NCBI GenBank assembly: GCA_041663585.1
Contig: JBAYMN010000003.1
Span: 2,438-66,437, forward strand
Reading direction: 5' to 3'
Source of the DNA: Clostridia bacterium
GTDB taxonomy: Bacteria; Bacillota; Clostridia; Christensenellales; UBA1242
Length of the DNA stretch: 64,000 nt
In this document: positions 9,809 to 18,389 of the stretch, in pieces
Layout: each line of letters opens with the position of its first letter
Position numbering within the stretch: position 1 is the first letter of the stretch
Translations under genes and position numbers: made by a program
Notes under the pieces: model-generated
The model's input: the letters and a program-made list of their open reading frames with translations, nothing else
Database searches by the model: none
Told to the model about the DNA's origin: nothing

Positions 9809-9836
9809 ATACGAAGGAGATTTATTTTTTATTTCA
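9809..9836 (-). promoter_or_regulatory. ECF-type promoter upstream of the lipoprotein gene
   Basis: TGAAAT-17nt-CGTAT, close to the sigW/sigX/sigM-type consensus TGAAAC-N16/17-CGT. Confidence 0.6.
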
Positions 9837-9873
9837 TCTTTTAAATTAAATGTCTATACGAACAAGATTTAGT

Positions 9874-9896
9874 GCTTGACCGTTAGACAAGCGGAA
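9874..9896 (-). repeat. REP-like palindromic unit, copy 1
   Basis: TTCCGCTTGTCTAACGGTCAAGC, 21/23 identical to 59317-59339 on the plus strand. Confidence 0.7.
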
Positions 9897-9900
9897 GACA

Positions 9901-12111
9901 TTAATTAAATCCAATTACAACGCCCATTCTGCAAGATGCATTGTCTGCGTTTGCGTAAACATACATATAGTCGCCAGCAAAGAATGATTGAATTGCCTCA
10001 ATATCAGTCTGTGTTAATGCTGATAATATTGCTAGGTGATCAGCAGCATTTATTGAAGCAAATTTTATAAAATCAGTCCCGTTAAATATATAAAAGTAAG
10101 TACCATCAGTAAATACAATTCCACCATTTGAACTTTGGAAAATAGGAACAGCGGCTTCATATGCAGAAGAATCGTAAAGTGCTGTCAACATTGTTGCTAA
10201 TTCTTGATTTCTTGCTACATAAGATTCGCCTTCTTTATCTAATGCAGTAGTATTTTTATCAATAATACTGTCTGCAATATTAATAGATATTGCTCCTTTT
10301 ACATCATAGGTATCTCCTAAATCATCTGACATAACTACACCAATAAGATTGATATAACCATTATCACCTATTATAGTTAATAATTGAGTTGAATCAAATA
10401 CAAGACTTAAATTAGCCTCATATACTCCTGCTATTTGATTTAAACCCGATAAAACTGCTTTAAGATCAGTAGCGATATTGCTTGCACCGTTCAATTTAAA
10501 CCAATTTTCAAGTCCTGTTACTGGATTTTCAAGTATAGTATTTGAAGTTGTAAGTGTAGAATAATTTCTATCTTCATCATTACCATAATCTGCATTAATA
10601 ATTAATGGGCCACCTGCGCGTTTATATTCACAGTTTTCCATTGTTACATCTGCACCCCAAAGGTAAAACATACAACTAAACGAGTCATAACCTTTGCTAT
10701 TTAAAAGTGTTACTTCGTTAATTACTTCATAGTTTGTAACTTCTACACTTTCATCTGTATCCACCCACTGTCCAAACGGGCAAAGAATTGTGCAAACTGC
10801 TTTTACAATTGTATTATTCATTGTAAAACTTTTTGAACTTGTTCTAAATAATGTAAATCCACCGGAAGCGGCAAGCGTTTCGGTACGACTTGCATTACCA
10901 ATAATATTTATATTTTTGACGGTAACAGGACAAATATAAGGAGTATTAGCGGGAATATTATAATCATCACCTGCAAAACCAAATAAGGTTGAGTGACTTA
11001 TAACACCTTCGCCACCGACACCCATTGTATTTCCTTTAACAATTAAAGGAATTTGTGAGGCATTAAGCGTAAAGTAATTTCCAATAAAGTTGAATTCTGT
11101 ATCTGAATCGGTAATTAAAGAATAGATTGAGCGCCTATCTTTAAGGCTACCCGCAACTTGTTCGGAGTCTTGCTCTTCTTCGGCAGGGGTATAAATAAAG
11201 TCAGCAGGAATATCATTTGCTGTAATCGCAATGTCATTGTGCATAATAATTGCATTGATTGCTTCATAACTTACATTATGATCAGTTTTATAATCTTCCC
11301 AAGCATTATTTGTATTATTATCAATTTTGCTTAAATCTTCGGCAGAATATGCATTCCAGCCATCTATAACTTTAAAAGAAAAACTAATTGGGCCATCTGA
11401 AAATTCATTAAGTTCTTCAAGCGTTAAATAATATGGCCTAACAGTAATTCTAAACTCTTTACCAATTGCACTTTCAGTAAAATCAAATGTGGACCATTCA
11501 TCATCAACAGTTACCATTTCGGTAAGTGCAGTGTCAGTTAGTTCTGTCCAAACATCATCTTGTAATATATCAACACTAGAAATGCTTTTATATTTGTTTA
11601 GTGTGCTAATTTCGCTGTTTAATACAACTGTAATTTCGGGTAAAAATTTAAAAGCATTATCATCGCCTACAAAATAGCCATCATCTAAAATTAAAAATTC
11701 CGTTTCTTTATTATCTATTTTTGTAGCGATATTACTTCTGTATGTTACAATAAAGTTTGGCTTTCCAAAACCTACGAATTGATACGCTTCATCAATATTG
11801 TTGTAAACATTAATTGTAACATTAACCGTGTTTTCTTTATATGTAATTGTTAATGTTTTTTCGCCTGATGTTTCGGTAGAAACTTCACCTAATGTTAAAT
11901 CAGGATAAGCGATTTCTTTTACACTGCCATCTAAATACTCCATAACAAGTACAGTATCAGTAAAATCTAATGTATCTCCAACGACACAAGCAACTGGAAC
12001 AGTGCCTTGTTTTACATACAGTCTATAAAGACCAACTTTACAAGCCGAAAAAAGAATTGGGGCTAATAAAATTAATATTATTGCAAGTAACGCACTAATT
12101 TTCTTATTCAT
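9901..12111 (-). CDS. Large surface lipoprotein with a bacterial Ig-like domain and a probable parallel beta-helix region
   Basis: Start moved to ATG 12111 (GGAG RBS). Lipobox LFSA-C; Ig-like VGDTLDFTDTVLVMEYLDGS...STETSGEKTLTITY; repeated VKNINI / TMNNTIV / VTLLNS / VTMENCEY strands. Confidence 0.65.
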   Translation of the reverse strand: MNKKISALLAIILILLAPILFSACKVGLYRLYVKQGTVPVACVVGDTLDFTDTVLVMEYLDGSVKEIAYPDLTLGEVSTETSGEKTLTITYKENTVNVTINVYNNIDEAYQFVGFGKPNFIVTYRSNIATKIDNKETEFLILDDGYFVGDDNAFKFLPEITVVLNSEISTLNKYKSISSVDILQDDVWTELTDTALTEMVTVDDEWSTFDFTESAIGKEFRITVRPYYLTLEELNEFSDGPISFSFKVIDGWNAYSAEDLSKIDNNTNNAWEDYKTDHNVSYEAINAIIMHNDIAITANDIPADFIYTPAEEEQDSEQVAGSLKDRRSIYSLITDSDTEFNFIGNYFTLNASQIPLIVKGNTMGVGGEGVISHSTLFGFAGDDYNIPANTPYICPVTVKNINIIGNASRTETLAASGGFTLFRTSSKSFTMNNTIVKAVCTILCPFGQWVDTDESVEVTNYEVINEVTLLNSKGYDSFSCMFYLWGADVTMENCEYKRAGGPLIINADYGNDEDRNYSTLTTSNTILENPVTGLENWFKLNGASNIATDLKAVLSGLNQIAGVYEANLSLVFDSTQLLTIIGDNGYINLIGVVMSDDLGDTYDVKGAISINIADSIIDKNTTALDKEGESYVARNQELATMLTALYDSSAYEAAVPIFQSSNGGIVFTDGTYFYIFNGTDFIKFASINAADHLAILSALTQTDIEAIQSFFAGDYMYVYANADNASCRMGVVIGFN

Positions 12112-12254
12112 AATATCTCCTTTAATATTTATTATTGTTTTACATTTGTACAAAATTTATTATTATTTTGGTTAAACTGGTTAGTTGTTTTGAACAAAAT
12201 GAAAAAGACATTTGTATTGTACTATAAGAAAAAATAATTAGCAATTATTTTACA

Positions 12255-12665
12255 TTACATTGCTACAATTCTTATAGTCTCGCGAATGTTTTGACCATCA
12301 GTTGAAGTAATGTTTACAACAATAGTACCTTTTCTGTTAAAAACAACAGTACCTACATCAGTAACATACCCACAGGTAGTTGTTTCATCATAAACAAAAA
12401 TAACATTTCTATATGTGGCATTTTCGGGATAAACTTTCCATTCTAATTGGACAACATTTGTATTCATTTCACCTTCTACAACAGGCGCAAAATATAAACT
12501 TAATATTTTTTCATTTGGTCTTACCTCCGCTTCTACATTAATACATTCTATGCGTTCAACATATAGCGTTTCATTATATGAAGCAATTTTCATACCAAAA
12601 AAACCAATAAATACAATAGAGGCAACATAAATTATTAAAATCATTATAATAACGGATTTTTTCAT
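12255..12665 (-). CDS. Small membrane-anchored protein with an Ig-like (Big_2-type) domain
   Basis: N-terminal TM helix, then VQLEWKVYPENATYRNVIF...VTDVGTVVF...IVVNITSTDG. Confidence 0.7.
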   Translation of the reverse strand: MKKSVIIMILIIYVASIVFIGFFGMKIASYNETLYVERIECINVEAEVRPNEKILSLYFAPVVEGEMNTNVVQLEWKVYPENATYRNVIFVYDETTTCGYVTDVGTVVFNRKGTIVVNITSTDGQNIRETIRIVAM

Positions 12666-12674
12666 ATGTTTCTC

Positions 12675-14327
12675 CTACACTTCTTTATAGTATACTTGCA
12701 CTTTTGCAAAGAACAGATAAATTCTTGCAATCATAAACGCAAGCGCTATACACATAACTTTAATCCAAGCAACCGTAATTCCTTCGGTAAATAGTAGCAA
12801 TGAAACAATAAAGAATAAAAATGCTAATAAAAATGCAAACAAGTTTGATTTGTTTTCATTTGGGTTGTTAGAGTGTCCACCTGTGGTTGCATACTGTTCG
12901 GTTTGCGGATTCATAATGTCCATTTCGGCGCTCCAAAACAAATGACCAACATAAATAAACAGCATTGCAAAAAAGAATAGTATTATGTCACCTATTGGTA
13001 AATTATTTGTAATTTTAAATATTACCATTGTCATAACAAGAGATAAAGTCATTAAACATAAATTAAAAATAAGTTTTGCAAGTAGCGAAATATGATATGT
13101 GGCGGGTTTTGTTTTAATAAGATAAGAGGAACCGCCCTCTTTGCTATAAGCAGAAGCAACTATTGAATTAGTAGATAGTAATATAAGCAGTATAATTAGT
13201 ACATTAAAAGAAAGGGTCATATATTGCCCTAATAGTCCGGTATTCATTGCCGAATAAATTTTGTTAAGCAAAAATATAGCAATCGGAAGCATTGCAAATA
13301 CAGAAAAGTTGCTAAACAATAAATCGGGAGTTCTTAAATTTATTATAAATTCTTTGCGTAAAGAAGATATAAATTTTGAACGAACTTTATTATTTTTTGG
13401 TATAAGCACAGCGTTTTTTTTGTATTCAAAAGGTGTACTTGCCATTTTAAAAAATAGTGGTCTTGTAAGCAAAAAACTTAATCCTAAAATAGAGATAATT
13501 GTAAACACTAAAATACCAAAAGTAATAAATGTTTGCTGAGAAAAACTTGTAAATATAAAGCCCGAACGCGTGCCAGTAATCATTATTACTAAATCATAAA
13601 ATACTTTAAAATTTACAATGAATGCATTTAAAAAATCTTGTATTTGCCAAAACAGAGTTCCCCAAGTGCCTATAATATTAATATTAGCGGGGATAAGTGC
13701 TATTATTTTAATTAACAAATAGAAAACGCCAACCATTATGCCGGCAAACAAAACTACTTGCAAATATTTTCTTTGTTTTAAAAACTGAGCCACAACCATA
13801 AATGGAATTGATAATAATGCCCCTATACTAACAGATAGTGCCGATATAAAAACAAATGCAACTAGTAACCATAAATAATATAAAATCGGAAATCCGGTTA
13901 TAAGTCCATAGCCTATAAACATAGGCACCAAGAATGTAATGTTCTTTTTTAATTCGTAAATATAAAACACAATCAGTTTAGACAAAAAAACTTGATTTGG
14001 TGTAACCGGAAAAGTAAGCAAGATCGCATTATCTTTTGCAAAATATAAATTTTGCATAAGTGAAAATGTGCAAGTAATTGTAGAAAGTGTGAACATAACC
14101 GCAAATATAACAGTTACAACACTAACAGGAACATATCTAATTAGCGAAAATACATTATAATCTCTTGAAAAAGAAAATAATAAGTATGCAAAAACTACAA
14201 CCATTATAAATTTTAAAATACCAAAAACAACATTTGCTATGGTCTGTTTTTTACTTTTTAAATATGATAGGTCAATTTTTTCTTTGAGTTGCATCATAAC
14301 AATAGGTTTAAAAAGTTTTAAATTCAT
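12675..14327 (-). CDS. ABC exporter permease with two internal halves (about 12 TM)
   Basis: Highly hydrophobic 550 aa protein; LLTFPVTPNQVFLSKL and LIKTKPATYHISLLAKL repeats typical of ABC-2-like permeases; TAATG coupling to the upstream ATPase gene. Confidence 0.8.
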   Translation of the reverse strand: MNLKLFKPIVMMQLKEKIDLSYLKSKKQTIANVVFGILKFIMVVVFAYLLFSFSRDYNVFSLIRYVPVSVVTVIFAVMFTLSTITCTFSLMQNLYFAKDNAILLTFPVTPNQVFLSKLIVFYIYELKKNITFLVPMFIGYGLITGFPILYYLWLLVAFVFISALSVSIGALLSIPFMVVAQFLKQRKYLQVVLFAGIMVGVFYLLIKIIALIPANINIIGTWGTLFWQIQDFLNAFIVNFKVFYDLVIMITGTRSGFIFTSFSQQTFITFGILVFTIISILGLSFLLTRPLFFKMASTPFEYKKNAVLIPKNNKVRSKFISSLRKEFIINLRTPDLLFSNFSVFAMLPIAIFLLNKIYSAMNTGLLGQYMTLSFNVLIILLILLSTNSIVASAYSKEGGSSYLIKTKPATYHISLLAKLIFNLCLMTLSLVMTMVIFKITNNLPIGDIILFFFAMLFIYVGHLFWSAEMDIMNPQTEQYATTGGHSNNPNENKSNLFAFLLAFLFFIVSLLLFTEGITVAWIKVMCIALAFMIARIYLFFAKVQVYYKEV

Positions 14328-16507
14328 TATTTACTACCTATTACCTTTAAATAATAATCTTCAAGTATTACATTTTGTTTTTCTAGTTTTTTAACATCAG
14401 CAGTGTCTATGATTTTGCCTTGTTTTATAATAGCAATTTTATCGCAAATTCTTTCTACGACATCAATAATATGACTTGAAAAGAAAACAATGTTGCCTTT
14501 TTTTGCATGTTCTTTCATACACTCTTTAACCTCAAAAATGCTATTTGGGTCTAATCCGGTTAATGGTTCATCAAGTATCCATAATTTTGGCTCGTGTATA
14601 AGTGCCGACATTATTGCAATTTTTTGTTTCATACCGTGGCTGTAAGTTTTCATTTGATTATCAAATGCTTGTTCAAGTGCAAAAATTTTTAAATACTTTT
14701 CCATTCGTGTATTGCGGTCTTTTAAATTAACTTGATACAAATCTGCAATATAGTTAATGTATTCCCTACCCGTAAGTTTTTCATATAATGCATAATGGTC
14801 AGGTACATAGCCAACAAGTTGTTTTGCTTGTACTGACTGTTTATCTACATCATAACCACAAACTGAAATGGTACCGCTTGTAATAGGCTGTATTCCTACA
14901 ATACTTTTAATAATAGTACTTTTACCAGAACCATTTGGTCCTAAAAAACCAAAAATTTCACCGCCGTTAACTTCTAAATTAGCATCTTCTACCGCAAAAA
15001 CTTTGCTACTTGAATACTTTTTTGAAAAGTTATTAAGCACTAATTTATTTATTTCTTCTTTATTCATAGGTGCATTTGCCCCCCTTTCGCCCAATGTTTT
15101 TAATAATAAAAATTTATCCATTTTAAGTTGTGCTTTTCGTTTAAATATATCGCCAAGTTGGTCAAAAAACACATATGACTGCTCATATATAAACCACATA
15201 CCAAATGATGTTGCTACATAAACAAGAAAGAATAAAAACTGATACAACGGATAAAAAGTAAAATTTAAATTACCAATATTAAATGAAACTACAACAAGCC
15301 TTATATCCTCCGCCCATCTTCCAAGTTTTTCTGCCACAAAGTCGCTATTAACAAAGAAAAAGTCGCTTGTTCCGTAGTTAGTGAACCACGCATTTATAAA
15401 AATTATAAAAACAAAATATATTGTAAATGCAGTGAGCGAATAAATAAATTGTTTAAGTTTTGGCCTTGGATATATTTTTAATGCGACTATTACAATAGGT
15501 AAGAAAAATGCAGTAAAATGATTTACCCAGAATACAACTAAATTTGTGCTTGTAATATTTAAAGCACCATAGTTAGGCATAAGCATTGCTAAAAAAGCGC
15601 CTAGTACATTTATAAAGAAAGAAAAATAAAACAGTTTTTCCCAGTGGAATATAAGACAAATTACCACGATATACATTGCGGTATTACATAAGTGCAGTGG
15701 CCAATTCATTGGGGTAAATAATGTATCAGCCTTAAAATTAATCATAAATATTAAAAGTACCCCTAAACTATAATAAAGAATTGCAAATTTAATTGCATCT
15801 TTGTTTAGTTTATGCAATACAAAAAACATTCCTAGCGGTATTAAAATACCCGCATAAATAAATATACGATGATAAATTGTAAAATCAAGCACTTCTATGG
15901 TCGGATTTCCGTTTCCAAATAAAGCGCGCAAAGCGTATGCGGGCATTGTGCAAATTATTACTGGCAAAATTGAAAGCAATAAATTTTTTACTTCTGTTTT
16001 TGTTATTTTAAAATAACCTGTTTTTATAAGTACTAGCACAGAATAAAAAAGAATAATTGCAATTTCAATACTCATCAAAATTGCTCTAAAATTTAAATTT
16101 ACAAAAGATGTACCAGTAATTGCAGTAATGTTTGGAAGTAAAAATACTAAATTTATTAATGCAATCGGTAGCACAAAAAACTTAATAAGATTGGTCAAAT
16201 TTTTTACATTAAAAAATGGATACAAAATAATTAATAAAACAGTGGCATAAGTTAACCAAGTTAAAATAATTGTAACAGCAGTAATTTCTATACTTATGTC
16301 AGGACCACCTGTAAGCATAAATACAGTTTCAATAGTGGCATCGCCTAATAAATACCTAGCATAAAAAACGAGTGCAAGCGTTAAAGAGAACACTTTATAT
16401 ATATTGCTTTTTGTATCATTTAATTTTTGCTTAAACACAAATTTTGAAAGCAATACAAATACTACAATTAAAATCGCAATTATAAAATAATAAGATGCTT
16501 TTACCAC
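14327..16507 (-). CDS. YwaF/TMEM164-like multi-pass membrane domain fused to an ABC transporter ATPase
   Basis: GTG start 16507 has a GGAG RBS (track start 16519). About 450 aa membrane region with WPLHLCN and FWVNHF; C-terminal NBD with GPNGSGKST, YSHGMKQK, WILDEP, SSH. Confidence 0.85.
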   Translation of the reverse strand: MVKASYYFIIAILIVVFVLLSKFVFKQKLNDTKSNIYKVFSLTLALVFYARYLLGDATIETVFMLTGGPDISIEITAVTIILTWLTYATVLLIILYPFFNVKNLTNLIKFFVLPIALINLVFLLPNITAITGTSFVNLNFRAILMSIEIAIILFYSVLVLIKTGYFKITKTEVKNLLLSILPVIICTMPAYALRALFGNGNPTIEVLDFTIYHRIFIYAGILIPLGMFFVLHKLNKDAIKFAILYYSLGVLLIFMINFKADTLFTPMNWPLHLCNTAMYIVVICLIFHWEKLFYFSFFINVLGAFLAMLMPNYGALNITSTNLVVFWVNHFTAFFLPIVIVALKIYPRPKLKQFIYSLTAFTIYFVFIIFINAWFTNYGTSDFFFVNSDFVAEKLGRWAEDIRLVVVSFNIGNLNFTFYPLYQFLFFLVYVATSFGMWFIYEQSYVFFDQLGDIFKRKAQLKMDKFLLLKTLGERGANAPMNKEEINKLVLNNFSKKYSSSKVFAVEDANLEVNGGEIFGFLGPNGSGKSTIIKSIVGIQPITSGTISVCGYDVDKQSVQAKQLVGYVPDHYALYEKLTGREYINYIADLYQVNLKDRNTRMEKYLKIFALEQAFDNQMKTYSHGMKQKIAIMSALIHEPKLWILDEPLTGLDPNSIFEVKECMKEHAKKGNIVFFSSHIIDVVERICDKIAIIKQGKIIDTADVKKLEKQNVILEDYYLKVIGSK

Positions 16508-16586
16508 TATATTCTCCAAACTTTTGTAATGTATTTTGTTACGTATGTATTATATGCATAATTCATTATTTCATAAATACCAAAAA

Positions 16587-16615
16587 ATTATATCAAATTA
16601 AATTGTAATTAGCAA
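16587..16615 (-). promoter_or_regulatory. SigmaA-type promoter of the ABC operon
   Basis: TTGCTA-17nt-TATAAT with TG extension. Confidence 0.65.
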
Positions 16616-16620
16616 ACATA

Positions 16621-16667
16621 TTTTACATAAAATCCCACTACTCTTTATAGTGGGATTTTATGTAAAA
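16621..16667. terminator. Long perfect hairpin, terminator of yqeY
   Basis: 20-bp perfect stem TTTTACATAAAATCCCACTA / TAGTGGGATTTTATGTAAAA with a 7-nt loop, just downstream of the yqeY stop. Confidence 0.75.
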
Positions 16668-16698
16668 TTAAAAATAATAAGAAATGCTAAATTTGTGG

Positions 16699-17121
16699 TT
16701 ATATTGTTTTTAAAACATCGCTAACTAAGCGCATTTCGCATTTACCGTTATAGTTTTGTTTAAAATATTTCATAACAGCGGGCACGCTCTTATCAGTTAA
16801 TCCTATTATTACCGCTTTAATTTCTTCGGCAGTCATCATTATTGGTAAATATTTTTCTATTGTTGCTTTTTGAGTCATTATTGCATTAAATTCTTCGATA
16901 TTAGAAATCTTTTTATAGTTTTCGGCCTCTTCGGTAAGTTCTTTGCTGAATTTTTGTATTATATTAATTAAATCTTCATCAGAAAGGACTTCACCTTTTG
17001 CCTTTTTTTCTATATTTGCAAGCATGTATTTATTCATAAGAACCGAAAGAGCGGCTCTTGCTACTGAATCTCTGCTTTTAATTGCTTCTACATTTGCTTT
17101 TTTTATTTCATCTATTATCAT
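16699..17121 (-). CDS. yqeY: GatB/YqeY domain protein
   Basis: IDEIKKANVEAIKSRDSV...YLPIMMTAEEIKAVI...GKCEMRLVS pattern of YqeY. Confidence 0.85.
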   Translation of the reverse strand: MIIDEIKKANVEAIKSRDSVARAALSVLMNKYMLANIEKKAKGEVLSDEDLINIIQKFSKELTEEAENYKKISNIEEFNAIMTQKATIEKYLPIMMTAEEIKAVIIGLTDKSVPAVMKYFKQNYNGKCEMRLVSDVLKTI

Positions 17122-17188
17122 AATAATATCTCCTTAAAATAAAATGTGAAAATTATAACGCTAATTAAAAATTTAAAAAATTTTTATT

Positions 17189-18208
17189 TTATCTTTCACA
17201 AATTTGTTCGCTATCTTTAATTTCTACTGTTCTTGGCTTAATATATATCCATTGTTCTTCATAATCTCTTAATAATGATATTACTTTTCTATCGGTTGCA
17301 TAATCACCAGGTACACACTCAGCAGTATCAACAATAGATGGATCTGCCTGCAAATCAATTAAACATTTCACTTGATTTATTTTGTCATAGTAAGCACAAT
17401 TTGTTAACGGAACTTGATTAATATAATTGGTTATATTAAGATTTGCTCCATATTTATGCATTAATTCAATACAACTAGTATTGTCATCTTTTGAATCAGT
17501 TATGTTATGTAATGCGGAAGTACCATCTATATCCTGAGCATTTGGATTTGCTTTATTTTCAAGTAAAATTCTTAAAATTCCCCCATCTGCATCAAACTCA
17601 AAATTTTCAGTTACTCTATGAATTGGATATTCATTATTATTATTATGAACATTCGTATCTGCTCCAAAAATACACAATAAATCAACTTCACTAGATAGCC
17701 CAAGACTGCACGCTTCCATGATTATGTATTCGCCAGTACATTTATCATACGAATTAGGATTTGCTCCGCCAATTAAAAATAATTCAAATAAATTTGATGC
17801 CAAAGCAAGCCTTAAAGGGTAAATAAGTACACCATTATTTTTAATCGCTACATTTAAATTTGCACCTGAAAGAAGTTTTATGTAAATTTCATTAGATATG
17901 CTATCAAATCTTGCTAAATTTATATCAGCCTCTACAACATCATTAAAATAAGTTTCTACTTCTTTTCCGCATTGATTTATGCGTTCTTCCCCTGCATCAT
18001 CAGGCGTAAATACAAGATCAAACAATTCATTTGCTTTTTCAGTTGCAAGTATTGATTTAGGCTGAATTTCTCGCATTAAGCCAAGAATTTCCAATCCTAA
18101 TTTTTTTGCTTTATAATTGCCTATTTTTTTACGATTGCCTTCAATAGTATCCATAAGACTTAGTACTTCTTCTTTTGTCTTTGGTAATTTAAAGTTATTA
18201 GTTTGCAT
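17189..18208 (-). CDS. Ankyrin-repeat protein with an N-terminal region of unknown function
   Basis: About six repeats ending GANLN, GANPN, GADTN, KANPN, GANLN, QADPS, with YPIH / SALH / VPLT helix starts; own promoter TTGACT-17-TAAAAT. Confidence 0.85.
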   Translation of the reverse strand: MQTNNFKLPKTKEEVLSLMDTIEGNRKKIGNYKAKKLGLEILGLMREIQPKSILATEKANELFDLVFTPDDAGEERINQCGKEVETYFNDVVEADINLARFDSISNEIYIKLLSGANLNVAIKNNGVLIYPLRLALASNLFELFLIGGANPNSYDKCTGEYIIMEACSLGLSSEVDLLCIFGADTNVHNNNNEYPIHRVTENFEFDADGGILRILLENKANPNAQDIDGTSALHNITDSKDDNTSCIELMHKYGANLNITNYINQVPLTNCAYYDKINQVKCLIDLQADPSIVDTAECVPGDYATDRKVISLLRDYEEQWIYIKPRTVEIKDSEQICER

Positions 18209-18389
18209 AATTAATACCTCAATATTTTAAGTGATTAATTTTATCATATATAAATATGCAAGTCAATAGCAAAACCTATAAATGCAGTAACAATTTATAA
18301 CTTCTACAATTAATTTTTTACCCCACAATTTTACTTAAAGTAAATTGTTTTTACTCTCCACTCTTCACCCTATTACATTATCTCATTTT

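Noticed and set aside
16621-16667. 20-bp perfect palindrome as a MITE or transposon end
   Set aside because: It sits right after the yqeY stop with A/T tails, has no target duplication and no second copy; best read as a terminator.
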